Source: Isurus oxyrinchus (taxonomy: Eukaryota). Taken from it: 64,000 nucleotides of DNA. Shown here one piece after another: positions 47,326 through 59,973 of this stretch. How positions within the stretch are numbered: position 1 is the first letter of the stretch; every line of letters starts with the position of its first letter. The notes under the pieces were generated by a model. It was not told the origin of the DNA. It did no database searches and worked only from the letters and a program-made list of their open reading frames with translations. Position numbers and translations under genes: made by a program. Location: positions 2,418,001 through 2,482,000 of the forward strand of contig JANJGN010000071.1 of NCBI GenBank assembly GCA_026770705.1. The letters are read 5' to 3'.

Positions 47326-50300
47326 TCAAACAGTCTGTCGACTTCCTTTCACTGTTTGTCTCTCCCAGACACAGACTCCAGTGATAGTGATAACCACAGC
47401 CACAAGGAATATCACAGCTCGTATTCCCAGGATCAGGATCACATGCAGAATCTCTCCTCCACTGTCTAGAGAACACACAGAAAGAAATCATCACTGACTC
47501 TCCGCTTTCAATCTCTCACTCTGGCTGAACAATCAAGCTTCATATCACTGCAACATTTGCTGTAATATTGACCCATCCACTGGGATTCAATGTGGAATGA
47601 ATGTTTTCCTTGTAAACACTCTAAGAGTGGACAATCGGAACTTTCCCCTTAGCGTGGAACATTGGTGAGAATGGATCATTGTGCTGTTGGACTCCCTGTC
47701 CAATGTTACTCTCCATCGCTGTGTACAGGATTGTGCTGTAGAAAATTCTGGAAACGTTTAGTGCAGGGTGGAAATCCATCTCGGACGCGTGTGCGAATCG
47801 AGCAGAATCGAGATGGACTTCCCCACGGACTTACACCCCCCGCTTAATAAACAGTTCCAATCTTTACCCAGAGAGAGGGGAGAATGTGGAACTCACTCCC
47901 ACAGGGATTGGTTGAGGTGAACAGTATCGATGTATTTAAGGGGCAGGAGGGTCGGTAACCAGAGGGACACAGATTGACCAACTGGAGGGGGAGATGAGGA
48001 GAATTTGTTTTGACAGAGCGAGTTGTTGTGATCTGGAAGGTGCTGCCTGAAAGGGCGGTGGAAGCAGATTCAACAGGAACTTTCAAAAGGGAAATTGGAT
48101 AAACACTTGAAGGAGGAAGATGGGGTAAAGTGGAGTGGTGGTTAGTGGATCTGATTGGATAGAACATTGAAAGACCTGGCACAGGCACAGTGGGCTGAAT
48201 GGCCTCCTCCTGTGCTGTATCATTCTCCGCTTCCATGATCTCTCCCCCAGTCAGTAACCACTCCAGATCCCTCTTGAAGGCGACAGAGAAACAGGAACTA
48301 CCACACCCACTGACAGCACATTCTCAAGGATCCCTACTCTCTGGGAAAAGATGAACTCCCCAACATCCAGCCTATTCCTGCTTCCCAGAGAGTGTAAACC
48401 CTTCAGGGAGGCACTGAGGAAGTTTTCAATAAAATGAATTATCAAATCTATCATTTGAGAAATAATTTAATTCTGATGAACTCACAGCTTGTGTAGCAAA
48501 CTGGGAAGTGGAGTTGCTTGAAAAGCTGGGAAACACAAGGATTAAGTGCTACAATGCCACCACTGGTGGGAGACTGTAACTACAGCGTGACGTTTACATA
48601 GGCAGTCATCATTATAAACAGGGGCATTGGACATACTGGGAAATATGTGCACTGGAAAGGTGAGTAAATGATGTAAGATTTTCACCAGCAGGAATTCTCT
48701 AACTAAACCTCTCCACTTCTCTCTTACTCTCAGATACACAAACAAAATCACACAGAATCAGATAAGGAGGAGTTGGGGCCGGTGATTGTTCGAAGGGTTA
48801 GCTTTCAGGAAGCTTCTTAAAGGGAGAGAGAGAGTTGGAGAGGCAGAGAGTATCTGTGAGTGTCTCTATGCATCTGAGTGTCTGTAATAGACTTTGTAAT
48901 TTCCATTTCTTCCATAAACATGATTGGGAACACAAATCCCAGAATCCAGGCCAACTCTCCAGTGCAGTACTCAGGTAAGCCACAGGGCAGTGTGTGCTAG
49001 TGTGTTTGTTTGTGAGTGTGTCTTTGTAATTGCTCATACATGTGTGTCTGCATGTGTCTATTTAGTTCTGTATATTTGTGTGTGTTTGTGCAATGTTTGA
49101 ATCTGAGAGAGATGTTGATGTCTGTGTACACTCACGTTCCACAGTGATGGTTATGAACCCCTCCACTGCTCCATGTTCATTCTCTGCCACACACTGATAG
49201 TCTCCAGTGTCCCGATATGTAATGGGAGGAATCACCAACCACAGCTCATTGTTGGAACTTGTTCTGTTCATTTGGACATTAAGATATCAGGGCAGGAATC
49301 AAGAAGCCCGTTCGCAGGATTACCAACAGAAAGAGAACCACAATTTATACTTAATGGGAAGAGAGTGCTGATTGGTTGGCAAGTGGTCTCTGATAGGTGG
49401 AGGTGTTGCCATGGAGAATGGTGTGTGCGAGATGTAAACTTTAGACAGCTTGTCTCTTTATTCAGTAATAATCAAATAAAGATCAATTAACTTCAATCGA
49501 CTGTGAAGCACTTTGAGAGGTCTGAGAATGTGGACACTGAGAACGGGCTGCACTGTCAGAGGGTCAGCGCTGAGGGAGTGCTGATGTAGAATGAAAGGTG
49601 TATGTACTTACCTTGCACAGTTAGTACGAGGGTCCGCTCCGATGAAACAGATGGATATCTCACTCTGCAGCTGAGAGTGTGTCCGTGGTGTTTGAGTGAT
49701 GGGATCAGGGTCAGAACAGAAGTATAGGTCAGAGTGACACCATGCTGAGTTACAGTGTTTGAGACTGATCCAGGTACGTCAGTGGGAGTTTCCCAGGTTA
49801 AGACAGGCGCTGCTGTTCCATTGCACGTTGTGTTGAAGGTGCAGCTTACATCCACATGCTTTCCTGCAATAATTTCAGCAGGGAATATCGTGGGTTTATC
49901 TGTGAAATCTAACAGACAGAGAATGGATCCTTTTAGAGAAATATAATGTGAAGCATCAGTTCAAATAGAAACCACAGTCCCACAAGAAAAAGCACTTTTA
50001 CAAGGATGATATCAGAACTGAGAGGTTACAATGATCAGGAAAGATTTTCTTGCTCTTTGGCAGTAGTGTTTCTGTCTCTCAGCTTAATACACGTTCACTC
50101 CGAGACATGTGAATTGAGAACACTGGATGAGAGAAGAGGCTCAGACCAGAGATTGGAGTTAAAAGCAGAATACTGCGGATGCTGGAAATCTGAAACCAAA
50201 ACAAAAATTGCTGGAAAGACTCAGCAGGTCTGACAGTATCAGTGGAGAGGAAGACAGGGTTAACGTTTCGAGTCCGTATGACTCTTCATCAGACCAGAGG

Positions 50301-51884
50301 TTTGAGTTCACTGGCTTCTCATTTCCTCAGTGATCTGGGTGATTTATCACCTTGTGGTTTGTTGGATCTTGCTGTGCACAAACTGCCTGCTGTGTTTTAC
50401 ATCTGTGACTACAATTCAGGAATAATTTCATTGGCTGTGAAGGGATTTGGATCCTCCTGAGGTGGTAAATTGCGCTGCAGAAATGCACATCTTTCTTTTA
50501 TCGATACGTCAGACTTTTAAACAGAACAGGAGAGATTGATGGGAGTGGATAACCTGATAATACAGTTAATGCTTTTCATCATCGATAGTAAAGTGAGTAT
50601 TAGAGGTTGCTTTAGGACTCAACTGGAAGTTATCACCAGGTTATTGAGAATCAGACAGTGTGTTATAATAAGCTGCGTTTTGTGTTAATATGTAAATGTC
50701 ACAGTTTGTGTTATCTCCCATTGAGTGTTGAATGTGAATTGTTGAGTAATTATAACACAGCACTTACCAGAAACGTGAAGCTGGGTTACAGGATAGTAGC
50801 TGTATCTATTCCAGCTGTCAAATTCTATTCTGAAAAAATAAGGTCCTGCATCTTCCCGTCTGATGTTGTTTATAATCAGGGAACAGTCGCCATCTTTCAG
50901 GTCTCCAGACAGCCGGGTACGATGGCGGAATCTTTGATCCCTGTGACTGTGACCCTCGGAATGAAAGGCTATAGACCATTTCGGCTGTGGGTTCCCATCT
51001 ATTCCTTTCAAGCAGATTCCGACACGTGATCTCCCTACGAAATTTGATAAGTAACTGTAATGACATGGAATCTGTACACACAACCATCCTGCGCTGTCAC
51101 CTCTCGTGAAGTGTCGCCTTTTCAATCTTGTGACAGTCCAACTGGGGAGAGAAATCTCAATATTTGACTCTGGATAGTTTGTAGATCAACTAGACTCGAT
51201 ATCCACCCCCTCCATCACTGGGGCTCAGTGGCTGCAGTGTGGACCATCTACAGGACACACAAGGAATTCCCCAAGGTTTCACAACGGATGGAAGAGAATC
51301 CTGGACACAGGAGTGGACAAGTTCATTCTACATTGGCTCATGGTCCTCAGGACCCTGTTTAGTGAAGCCAGTCTTCCACCCAACACAGTGTCTACAAGAT
51401 ACACAGGGAAACTGTGTAAACATCTCATCTCTCTACACTGACTGGTTTGAGCTTCAGTTTAACTTTCAGTATTTTTAAATTTCCATATTGTGGTTGCTAT
51501 GGTGAAACTGTGCAGGAAGTGCGAGGGCTGGACTCTCTGTCTATTCTCACTGCAGCTGTGATGTGGTCGTGGTGATTCTCAGTAAAATGAAACCCTCTGA
51601 GCTCCTCCATCCCCGAGGTTTAGGGAGTGAATTCCAGAGCTCAGGCCCCAGGCAGCTGAAGGCCCGGCCGCCAGTATTGGAGTGATGGGAATCGGGGGAT
51701 GGTCAAGAGGCCGGAATTGGAGTAGCACAGAGATCTGGGAAGTTGTTTGGGTGAGTTGCAGGAGGTTACAGAGATAAAGAGATAAGAATGATCTTTTACA
51801 AAGACTGTTAAACATAAATCTGTCCAAGCTGACGATGATATTACCTTGGAGAAGTGACAGGAGGAAGTAAGATTTCCCGATCAT
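47326..51884 (-). pseudogene. Siglec-like gene B, activating-type pseudogene. Exons: signal 51884-51845, V 51141-50768, C2 49908-49612, partial C2 49285-49136, TM 47465-47326
   Basis: V exon has TGA at 51124-51122, a 1-nt deletion (374 nt) and Trp->Cys; second C2 exon lacks its 5' half and acceptor; TM exon intact: SGGEILHVILILGIRAVIFLVAVVITITGVCVWERQTVKGSRQTV*. Confidence 0.88.
50258..50295 (-). ncRNA. Minimal type-I hammerhead ribozyme-like core in a Penelope-like short element
   Basis: Minus strand ggt-CTGATGA-a-gagtc-atacg-gactc-GAAAcgtta-acc; stem I only about 3 bp. Confidence 0.4.
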
Positions 51885-52334
51885 TGTCCACTCCCGGATA
51901 TTCCATCCACTTCTCACTCTCAAGCTGTGAAAGAGAAAGGAGTTAATGAGACCTCACCTCTTGTCCGACAGCTCTCGAGAGATCAGAACTGCTTTTAGAC
52001 AATGTCTTCACAGACTAATTTGATTCTCTGTGGGATGATAGGTGCTCTGCAGAGAGTTACAAGGCTTTAAGTAAGACAAACAATGATTGATTTGCATTTC
52101 TATAGCACCTTTCACTATCTCAGGACATCCCAAAGCTCATGTCTCTGCACTTCCCTCATCCTTTGAGCTAGAAAGATGTTCTGTACAACAGACTTGAGTC
52201 TCACACCCAGAATTCAATAATCAGTAAAAATCTTTCAAAGGCATCAATCATTGGAATCTGTCTTTATAAAGTCACAACATCAACAAAGGACGGTGTTGGT
52301 GGTGGAAGTGAATTCCAATCGTTCCGTTACTTAC

Positions 52335-52475
52335 CCAGGACCTGTCCGACTGCTCGCCTGGGGAGGAACTGCCCACACGTTCTGCTTGGGCTGAATGACC
52401 TCTTCCTGTGCTGCTCCCTATTTGTGTTTAATTAAAAAGGGTGCATGTGTCACTGTGAGTCAAAATGAGGAAGTG
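52335..52475 (-). promoter_or_regulatory. Gene B leader-exon copy with adjacent AP-1 and PU.1/ETS sites
   Basis: TGAGTCA 52456-52462, GAGGAAGTG 52467-52475, GTAAGT donor at 52334. Confidence 0.45.
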
Positions 52476-52584
52476 CTTGGTACCAAGTGAGAAAGCAACT
52501 CTTTGCCTCGCACTGTTAGAAAACTGTTAACCCTTTGCGTGCCAATAATGTGGTTGAAGGGCCATCGACTGTTCATATGCAACA

Positions 52585-53900
52585 AGCTCGAGGGTTTGAA
52601 TGGGCCTCCTCCTGTTCCTGTGTAACAGGCTCGAGGGGTCTAAATGTGCCTCCTCCTGTTCCAGTGTGACATGATTGTGTGGCTGATTAAGCCTCCCCCT
52701 GTTCCTGTGTAACAGTCTTTGGCAGGGCTGAATGTGCCTCCTCCTGTTCCTGTGTAACAGGCTCCAGGTGCTGAATGCCCTCCCCCTGTCCTTGTGTAAC
52801 AGGCTCGAGTGTCCGAATCGGCCTCCTCCTGTTCCTGTGTAACAGGCTCAAGAGGCTGAATGGATCTCCTTGTTTTCCTGTGTTACAGGTTAGATGGTCT
52901 GAATGGGCCGCCTCCTGTTCCTGTGTAACAGGTTCAAGGGGACAGAATGGGCCTCCACCTGTTCCTATCTAACAGGCTTGAGTGGCTGAATGGGCCTCCT
53001 CCTGTTCCTGTGTAACAGGCTTGATGGGGCTAAATGGAGCCCCTAATGTTCCTGTGTAACAAGCTTGTGGAGGCTGAATGGGTCTCCTGTACCTGTGTAA
53101 CAGGCTCAAGGGGACAGAATGGGCCTCCTCCTGTTCCTGTGTAACAGGCTCGAGGGAACAGAATGGGCCTCCTCCTTTTCCTGTGTAACAGGCACGAGGG
53201 ACTGAATGGGTTTCCTATTCCTGTGGAAGTGGATTGAGAGTCTGAATGTCCTCTTCCTGTTCCTGGGTAACAGGCTCGAGGAGCTGAGACTCTCTCCTGT
53301 TCCTGTGGAAGGGTGTTGAGGGACTGAATGTCCTTTTCCTGTTCCTGTATAATAGGCTCAAGAGGCTGATGGGCTTTCTCCTGTCCTCATGTAACAGGCT
53401 TGAGTGGCTGAATGGTCCTCCTCCTGTTCCTGTGTAACAGGCTTGAGGGAATGAATGGGCCTCCTCCTGTTCCTGTGTAACAAGCTCGAGGGGGCTGAAT
53501 GGGCCTCCTCCTGTACCTGTGTAACAGGCTCGAGGGAATGAATGGGCCTCCTCCTGTTCCTGTGTGACAGGTTCGAGGGGGCTGAATGGCCTCCTGCTGT
53601 TCCTGTGTAACAGGATCAAGAGGCTGAATGGGCCTCTTCCTGTTCCTGTGTAACAGGTTCGAGAGGGCTGAATGGGCCTCCTCCTGTTCCTGTGTAACAA
53701 GCTTGAGGGGCTGAATGGCCTCCTCCTGTTCCTGTGTAACAGGCTCGAGGGGGCTGAATGGGCCTCCTCCTGTTCCTGTGTAACAGGCTCGAGGGGCTGA
53801 ATGTGCCTCCTCCTGTTCCTGTGTAACAGGCTCGAGGGGGCTGAATGGCCTCCTGCTGTTCCTGTGTAACAGGATCAAGAGGCTGAATGTCCTCCTGTCA
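52585..53900 (-). repeat. About 40-bp CR1-tail-derived minisatellite
   Basis: (cctcctcctgttcctgtgtaacaggctcgaggggctgaatgg)n, about 30 units. Confidence 0.9.
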
Positions 53901-54453
53901 TTAAAAATAAATACTGCAGATGCTGTAAATCTGAAATAAAAACAGAAAATGCTGCATTAACTCAGCAGGTCTGGTAGCAGCTGTGGAGAGAGAAACAGAC
54001 TTCTTGCTTATAGACTCTGAAGAAGGGTCATAAGGACACAAAATGCTAATTCTGTTTATCTCTGCACAGATGCTGCCAGACCAACTCAGTTTCTCCAGCA
54101 TTTTCTGTTTTTGTATCAGGTGCCCTCTTGTTCCTGTGTAGCAGGTTCGAGGGGGCTGAATGGCCTCCTCCTGTTCCTATTCAATGGGCAGTCAAAGAAT
54201 GTCTGATTTTGGACCTCGAACCCAATTCTGTCCTCAGGACATTGACAGAAGGAGAGACCAGTTACAGGTTAATGCCGGAGGATTATTTATTTTCCCAATC
54301 TTTTATCCAAGTATCTCATCAAACACAGAGCAGAACCAGGATCAAGGATGTTGGTCTCTGTGATCTGTAACACATCGCACAGTCCACCCATCCACTCAGC
54401 CTTCAGGATGGATGCTCATTGTACTCTCAAAGTGTGAAAGACTAAAATGATGG

Positions 54454-54459
54454 TTTATT
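54454..54459 (-). terminator. Candidate polyadenylation signal of gene C
   Basis: AATAAA on the minus strand about 780 nt after the stop. Confidence 0.35.
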
Positions 54460-55234
54460 GCAGCTATATCTCATTCTGTTGTCAAAGCTGTCTCATCCAT
54501 CCATGACATATTGAAGAAGGTAAACCTGCAACCAATTTTTCACATCATAATTTCCTATGTTCATTGGCAACATCAATGTAAACATGTCACGCTGAAATGA
54601 TGTCCTGCCACCAGTGGTGGCACTGTAGCACATCTGTTATCCTCTGAGCTGCAGAGAATTTCTCAAATCTCCAATCAAATTGTTTCCCTGTTTCCGGGAT
54701 TGCTGATGGTTTTGCTCTTTAACGATGAAGTGTAAAATCCAAATATATATCTGAAAATACATTTGACTACAAAATGGTGAGTAAATTTTACCAATCTCCT
54801 CTGCTCCAATTATCCACCGATCCTGCATTTCATGATGTCTACACTGGCTGATGAATATTCTGTGAACACTGACAGACAGGAAGGTGAATAACTGAATGAA
54901 AATTAACTCATAATCACGGACACGGGATTGAATTTGTCCGTTCTGGGTCCTGGTACATCATCGAACGATACCTAAAGACATTTACAATCAGAATGGAGAG
55001 AATGATGTTTCCAACAGTGAGGGACAATTCTGAAGGAGGATGTTCAAATTGAAACCCACAGACAACCATCCTGGATAGATTATTCCGAAGAAATTCCATC
55101 AGATTGTAACAAGAGGTTTAAATCTATTTCCTGGGAGTGAGTTCCTGTGGATATTAGGAAGGTAAATTGGAGTTTTGAATGATTCTCCCGTTCTGTATTC
55201 TCCCCACACTGTGTGTGTCTCATTCTTGCTCAGT

Positions 55235-55351
55235 TTATAAATTCCCATAAACAGAATCCTTGGCAAAATCACAGTTTGCGTAAAGATCATCATCTGCATC
55301 AGGATTGACTCCGCGGTGAGATTTCATTTCCAGATCCTTCTCATCTTTCTT
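55235..55351 (-). CDS. Siglec-like gene C terminal cytoplasmic exon KKDEKDLEMKSHRGVNPDADDDLYANCDFAKDSVYGNL*
   Basis: ctattacAG acceptor; phase 0; two tyrosine motifs; TAA 55237-55235. Confidence 0.85.
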   Translation of the reverse strand, partial: KKDEKDLEMKSHRGVNPDADDDLYANCDFAKDSVYGNL

Positions 55352-55449
55352 CTGTAATAGAAACAGAAATGATCAGAGTGACAATCAGAGTGATCAGTGT
55401 TTAGTATTATTGATCCAAATCAAAAATTGCACCCACAGTAGATACATTA

Positions 55450-55760
55450 ATTATTGATACTGAATGCGGTTTGATTATTGAAACTGAACGGGGTTTGATT
55501 ATTGAATCTGAACGGGGTTTGATTATTGATTCTGAACGCGGTTTGATGATTGATACTGAAAGGGGTTTGATTATTGATACTGAACCGGGTTTGATTATTG
55601 ATAATAATCGGAGTTTGATTATTGATATTAAATGGGGTTTGATTATTGATTCTGAACGGTGTTTGATTATTGATACTGAATGGGGTTTGATTATTGATAC
55701 TGAACGGGGTTTGATTATTGATTCTGAACGGGGTTTGATTATTGATTCTGAACGGTGTTG
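55450..55760. repeat. 24-bp minisatellite (ATTGATACTGAACGGGGTTTGATT)n in the last intron of gene C
   Basis: About 13 units, directly visible. Confidence 0.9.
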
Positions 55761-55888
55761 GGTGTGAGTTTGGTTGGGTTTGGGAGTGACTGTATAAAAC
55801 ATTGCAGATACAGGACTGGAGCAGCCATATCAATAACCAGGCTACTGGAGCAGCTGAGAGGCTGGGGATCCTGTGGTGTGTGACTCAC

Positions 55889-55993
55889 CTGATTCCTCAA
55901 AGCCCAACCACGCTCACAATTTTCATAAACAGGACCTCGATATTCATCAACACGATGGTTCGATTTGATTCCTGCTTTCCCCTCGCCTCTCTT
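55889..55993 (-). CDS. Siglec-like gene C cytoplasmic exon KRGEGKAGIKSNHRVDEYRGPVYENCERGWALRNQ
   Basis: 105 nt, phase 0-0, ctattacAG / CAG|GTGAGT. Confidence 0.85.
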
Positions 55994-56504
55994 CTGTAAT
56001 AGAGATGGAAATGGACAGAGTGACAATCAACATGATGTGTATTCGGTGTTGGGTTTGATTATTAGGGAGAGGGTTCCAGATTTCCACTCCCCTTTGTGTG
56101 AAGAAGTGCTTCCTGACATCACCCCTGAACGGCCTGGCTCCAATCTGAAGTTCCAGCCCCCTTGTTCTGGACTCCACCCGACCCCCACCACCCACCCCCA
56201 CCCGAGGGAATAGCTTCTCTCTATCGACCCTATCGAGTGTTTAATCAGTTTGAACCCCTCAGTTAGATCACTTCTTAATCTTCTAGACCCGAGGGAATAT
56301 AATCGTAGACTGTGTGTAACCTGTCTGCACAATTTACCCAGAAAGATGTTCTGTACAACAGACTTGAGCCTCACACCCAGATCTCAATAATCAGTGGAAA
56401 TCTTTCAAAGGCATCAATCATTGGAATCTGTCTTTATAAAGTCACAACATCAACAAAGGACGGTGTTGGTGGTGGAAGTGAATTCCAGTCGTTCCGTTAC
56501 TTAC

Positions 56505-56589
56505 CCAGGACCTGTCCGACTGCTCGCCTGGGGAGGAACTGCCCACACGCTCTGCTTGGGCTGAATGATCTCTTCCTGTGCTGCTCCCT
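56505..56589 (-). CDS. Siglec-like gene C first cytoplasmic exon (K)GSSTGRDHSAQAERVGSSSPGEQSDRSW
   Basis: 85 nt; the only candidate found that bridges phase 2 (TM exon) to phase 0 with an open frame; GTAAGT donor; weak acceptor. Confidence 0.6.
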
Positions 56590-57243
56590 CTGTGTGTTTA
56601 ATTAGAAAGGGTGAATGTGTCACTGTGAGTCAAATCAGGAATTGGGGAACAATTGTGAAAACCCTTTCACTGAAACGTAGGGCCTTAGTGTTGTGTTGTA
56701 AGCAAACTGTTAACCCTTTGTGTCCTGACTCTGTGACGTGATTCCTGTGTAAAGCTGAGCAGTCGTTGAGCGAGTTTCAATTCACTGCTCACTCCAGGTG
56801 TTGAGGTGGATCTTCTGAAGGAGCATATGTTGCTCAGCGCTCCTTAAAAATGTGAGAGACTGAACAACGTGTAAGAGGACGAGAGAGAGAATGAGAAGGA
56901 GAGCATTAGTGGAGATTGGAGAGAGAGTGAATGAAACATGGAAAATGGAAAGAGATTGCATTCACTAACAAAAGAAAGGTTTTTATTTGTATAGCAGCAT
57001 TCACAAACTCAGGAGGTCACAAGGTATTTTATGGTCCAGGTCAACACTGCCAGTTACAGGACTGAGTTGTGAAACAGTGAGTGTTGGATGAGATGTTAAA
57101 CAGTAGGTGAACATCAAAGCTCTTCAGGGGCTGTGGAGGGTTTTGGATTGTAAAAGGTGCTATAGAAATGCAAGTTCTTTCTATAAGGAGAGAAGTTTGA
57201 AGAAAACATGTTCAAAAACAACCAATTAATCCTTCACACTTAC

Positions 57244-57340
57244 TTTCTCACACACTTGAAGATGAAGAATCCACTCAGTCCAACACTCAAACAGATTCCA
57301 GCTCCAAGCAATCCTGCTTTCCATTCATTGGAATCTCGCC
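57244..57340 (-). CDS. Siglec-like gene C TM exon (R)RDSNEWKAGLLGAGICLSVGLSGFFIFKCVR(K)
   Basis: ttttacAG acceptor; 97 nt; phase 1-2; GTAAGT donor; uncharged TM followed by basic stop-transfer residues. Confidence 0.88.
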
Positions 57341-57579
57341 CTGTAAAATCAGCCAATGAATGACTCCGGTACAGTTTGAGAATGGTTCCCTATGTACATG
57401 TAGTAATTCTGAACTTGTGAAGTGATATTGTCTATGCATGAAAGGTCTATACAAATAACATTTATCTATGTAATATTTATTGATAATATCCATGTACATG
57501 CAGGTTTCTATAAGGAGGATTCACATATAACAGAGGTGCCAAGCTGCTGAGGTGACACACAGGACTACATACACACCAA

Positions 57580-58570
57580 ACAGCGGAAACAACATGCTAT
57601 AGACAGAGCAAAGCGATCCCACAACCAACGGGTCAGATCTAAGCTCTGCAGTCCTGCCACATCCAGTCATGAATGGTGATGGACAATTAAAGATCTAACA
57701 GGAGGAGGATGTTCCACAAATATCCCCATCCTTAATGATGGGGGAGCTCAGCACATCAGTGCAAACGACAAGGCTGAAGCATTGGCAACCATGTTCAGCC
57801 AGAAGTGCTGAGTGGATGCTCCATCTCGGCCTCCTCCAGAGGGGCCCAGCATCACAGATGTCAGCTTTCAGACAATTCGATTGACTCCACGTGACATCAG
57901 GAATCAGCTGATGATACTGGATACAGCAAAGACTATTGGCCCTGGTAACAACCCGGCAACAGGAAATAATGTGGCTACAAGAGCGGGTCAGAGGCTGGGA
58001 ACTCTGTGGTGAGTAATTCAACTCCTGACCCCCCAAAGCCTGTCCACCATCGGACAAGGCACAAGTCAGGATTGTGATGGAATAATCTCCACTTGCCTGA
58101 ATAAGTGCAGCTCTAACAACACTCAAAAACCTCAACACCATCCAGGAGCAGCTTGTTTGATCGACAGCCCATCCACCAGCATAAACATTCATACCCTCCA
58201 CCACTGGCACACAATGGCAGCAGTGTGCACCATCTACAAGATGCACTGCAGCAACTCACCAAGGCTCCTTCGACAGCACCTTCCAAACTCTAAACCTCTT
58301 CCACTGAGACAGTTCCAAGTCAGTGTGGTGTGTGACTTGGAGGTGACCATGAGCTGGTGGTCTGCCCTGGGACTTGGAACTATATCGGCCGTTCCTTCAC
58401 CGTCGCTGGGTCGAAATCCTGGAACTCCCTCCCTAACAGCACTGTGGGTGCGCCTGCACCACATGGACTGCAGTGGTTAAAGAAGGCAGCTCACCACCAC
58501 CTTCTCAAGGGGCAGTTACAGATGGGCAATAATTTCTGGCTTTGTAAACAATGCCCATATCCCATGAGCT
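57580..58570 (+). mobile_element. Non-LTR retrotransposon fragment with internal deletion
   Basis: Same family as 25220-26300; 3' end AGSKSWNSLPNSTVG. Confidence 0.8.
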
Positions 58571-58605
58571 AATAAAAACAGAATGTTCAATTCTGTGTAA
58601 CTCAC

Positions 58606-58887
58606 GTTCCACAGTGATGGTTATAAATCCCTCCACTGCTCCATGTTCATTCTCTGCCGCACACTGATAGTCTCCAGTGTCCCTGGATGTAACGTGAGGA
58701 ATCACCAACCACAGCTCATTGTTGGAACTTGTTCTGTTCATTGGGACATTAAGATGTCGCCACGTCAGGTTAGAAGCTGGGAAGCTCTCGACAGAGCAGA
58801 TTATCACTGCAGAATTCCCCTCAATTATATTGATCGATGAAGCGTTAATCATATCCAGAGAAGTAATTGATGGGTTCCGTGGTGCAT
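58606..58887 (-). CDS. Siglec-like gene C third C2/I-set exon
   Basis: 282 nt, phase 1-1, intact. Confidence 0.92.
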
Positions 58888-59973
58888 CTAAATACAAATA
58901 AAGGTATCATTGTGAGCAAACACAGTGCACAGCAAGACTCCATGATACATCTCTCTCTATTTGGTGTCTATGTGCATTTCAAGGTTCTTTCCTGTTTTAA
59001 GTTCCTATGTCAACTTTTATGATGGTCACTGCCAGCGGTTTCCTTTCTGTCCATTCATGGGAAGTGGATGTATCTATCTAGACCAGCATTTACGACCCAT
59101 TCCTAATTGCCCTTGAGGAGGTGGTGGTGAGTTTTTCACCCCCACAGAATTCCCAGCCTCTGATCTGCTCCTGTAGCCACAGTATTTATGGCCGGTCCAG
59201 TTAGTAGTTTGGTTAACATCCCCCAGGATGTTGATCATGGGGGATTCAGCGATGGTAAAGTCACTGAATATCAAGGGGAGATGGTTAGATTCTCTCTTGT
59301 TGGACATGATCACTGCCTGGTGCTTGTGTGGCACGAACATTACTTGTCATTTCTTAGCCCGTGTTGAGTGTTTTTCAGCTCTTGCTGCATGTGGATATGT
59401 AAACTGTCACGCTGTAATTACAGCCTTCCACCAGAGGAGACACTGTCAGGCTAGAAGAAAAGAAAGTGTCTTTCACATCATCAGGATGTTCACGGGGATT
59501 TGACAGTGGAGGAATTGCTTTAGAAAAATGGGGTATTGAGTGATAAACCTACAATTCTCTGTGCAGGTGATTGCTTGTCCAATACAGGGTCTAGTTCAGC
59601 TGATGTCGTCAGTGTTTCAGAGCAGAATCTGGAGCAACACTCCAGTGCAGCACAGGGAGAACAGACAACTCACACATGTCTGTGTGTGTGTGTGAGCAAG
59701 CACACGTGTGATTCTGTGTATGTTTCCTTCTGTGTGTGAGCATGCAGGTGTGCACACCTGTGCACATGTGGGATTGCACATGAATGCTTGTTTGTGTGCA
59801 CCTGNNNNNNNNNNNNNNNNNNNNNNNNNNNNNNNNNNNNNNNNNNNNNNNNNNNNNNNNNNNNNNNNNNNNNNNNNNNNNNNNNNNNNNNNNNNNNNNN
59901 NNNNNNNNNNNNNNNNNNNNNNNNNNNNNNNNNNNNNNNNNNNNNNNNNNNNNNNNNNNNNNNNNTAACTCAC

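Noticed and set aside
51925-52047. Extra 5' UTR exon ending in GAG|GTGAGG just upstream of the signal exon (also at about 44130-44220)
   Set aside because: Would need a 33-nt intron, too short for vertebrate splicing
56793-56843. 50-nt candidate cytoplasmic exon in gene C (tttttaAG ... GTGAGC)
   Set aside because: Phase 2-to-1, incompatible with the downstream exons with or without the 85-nt exon
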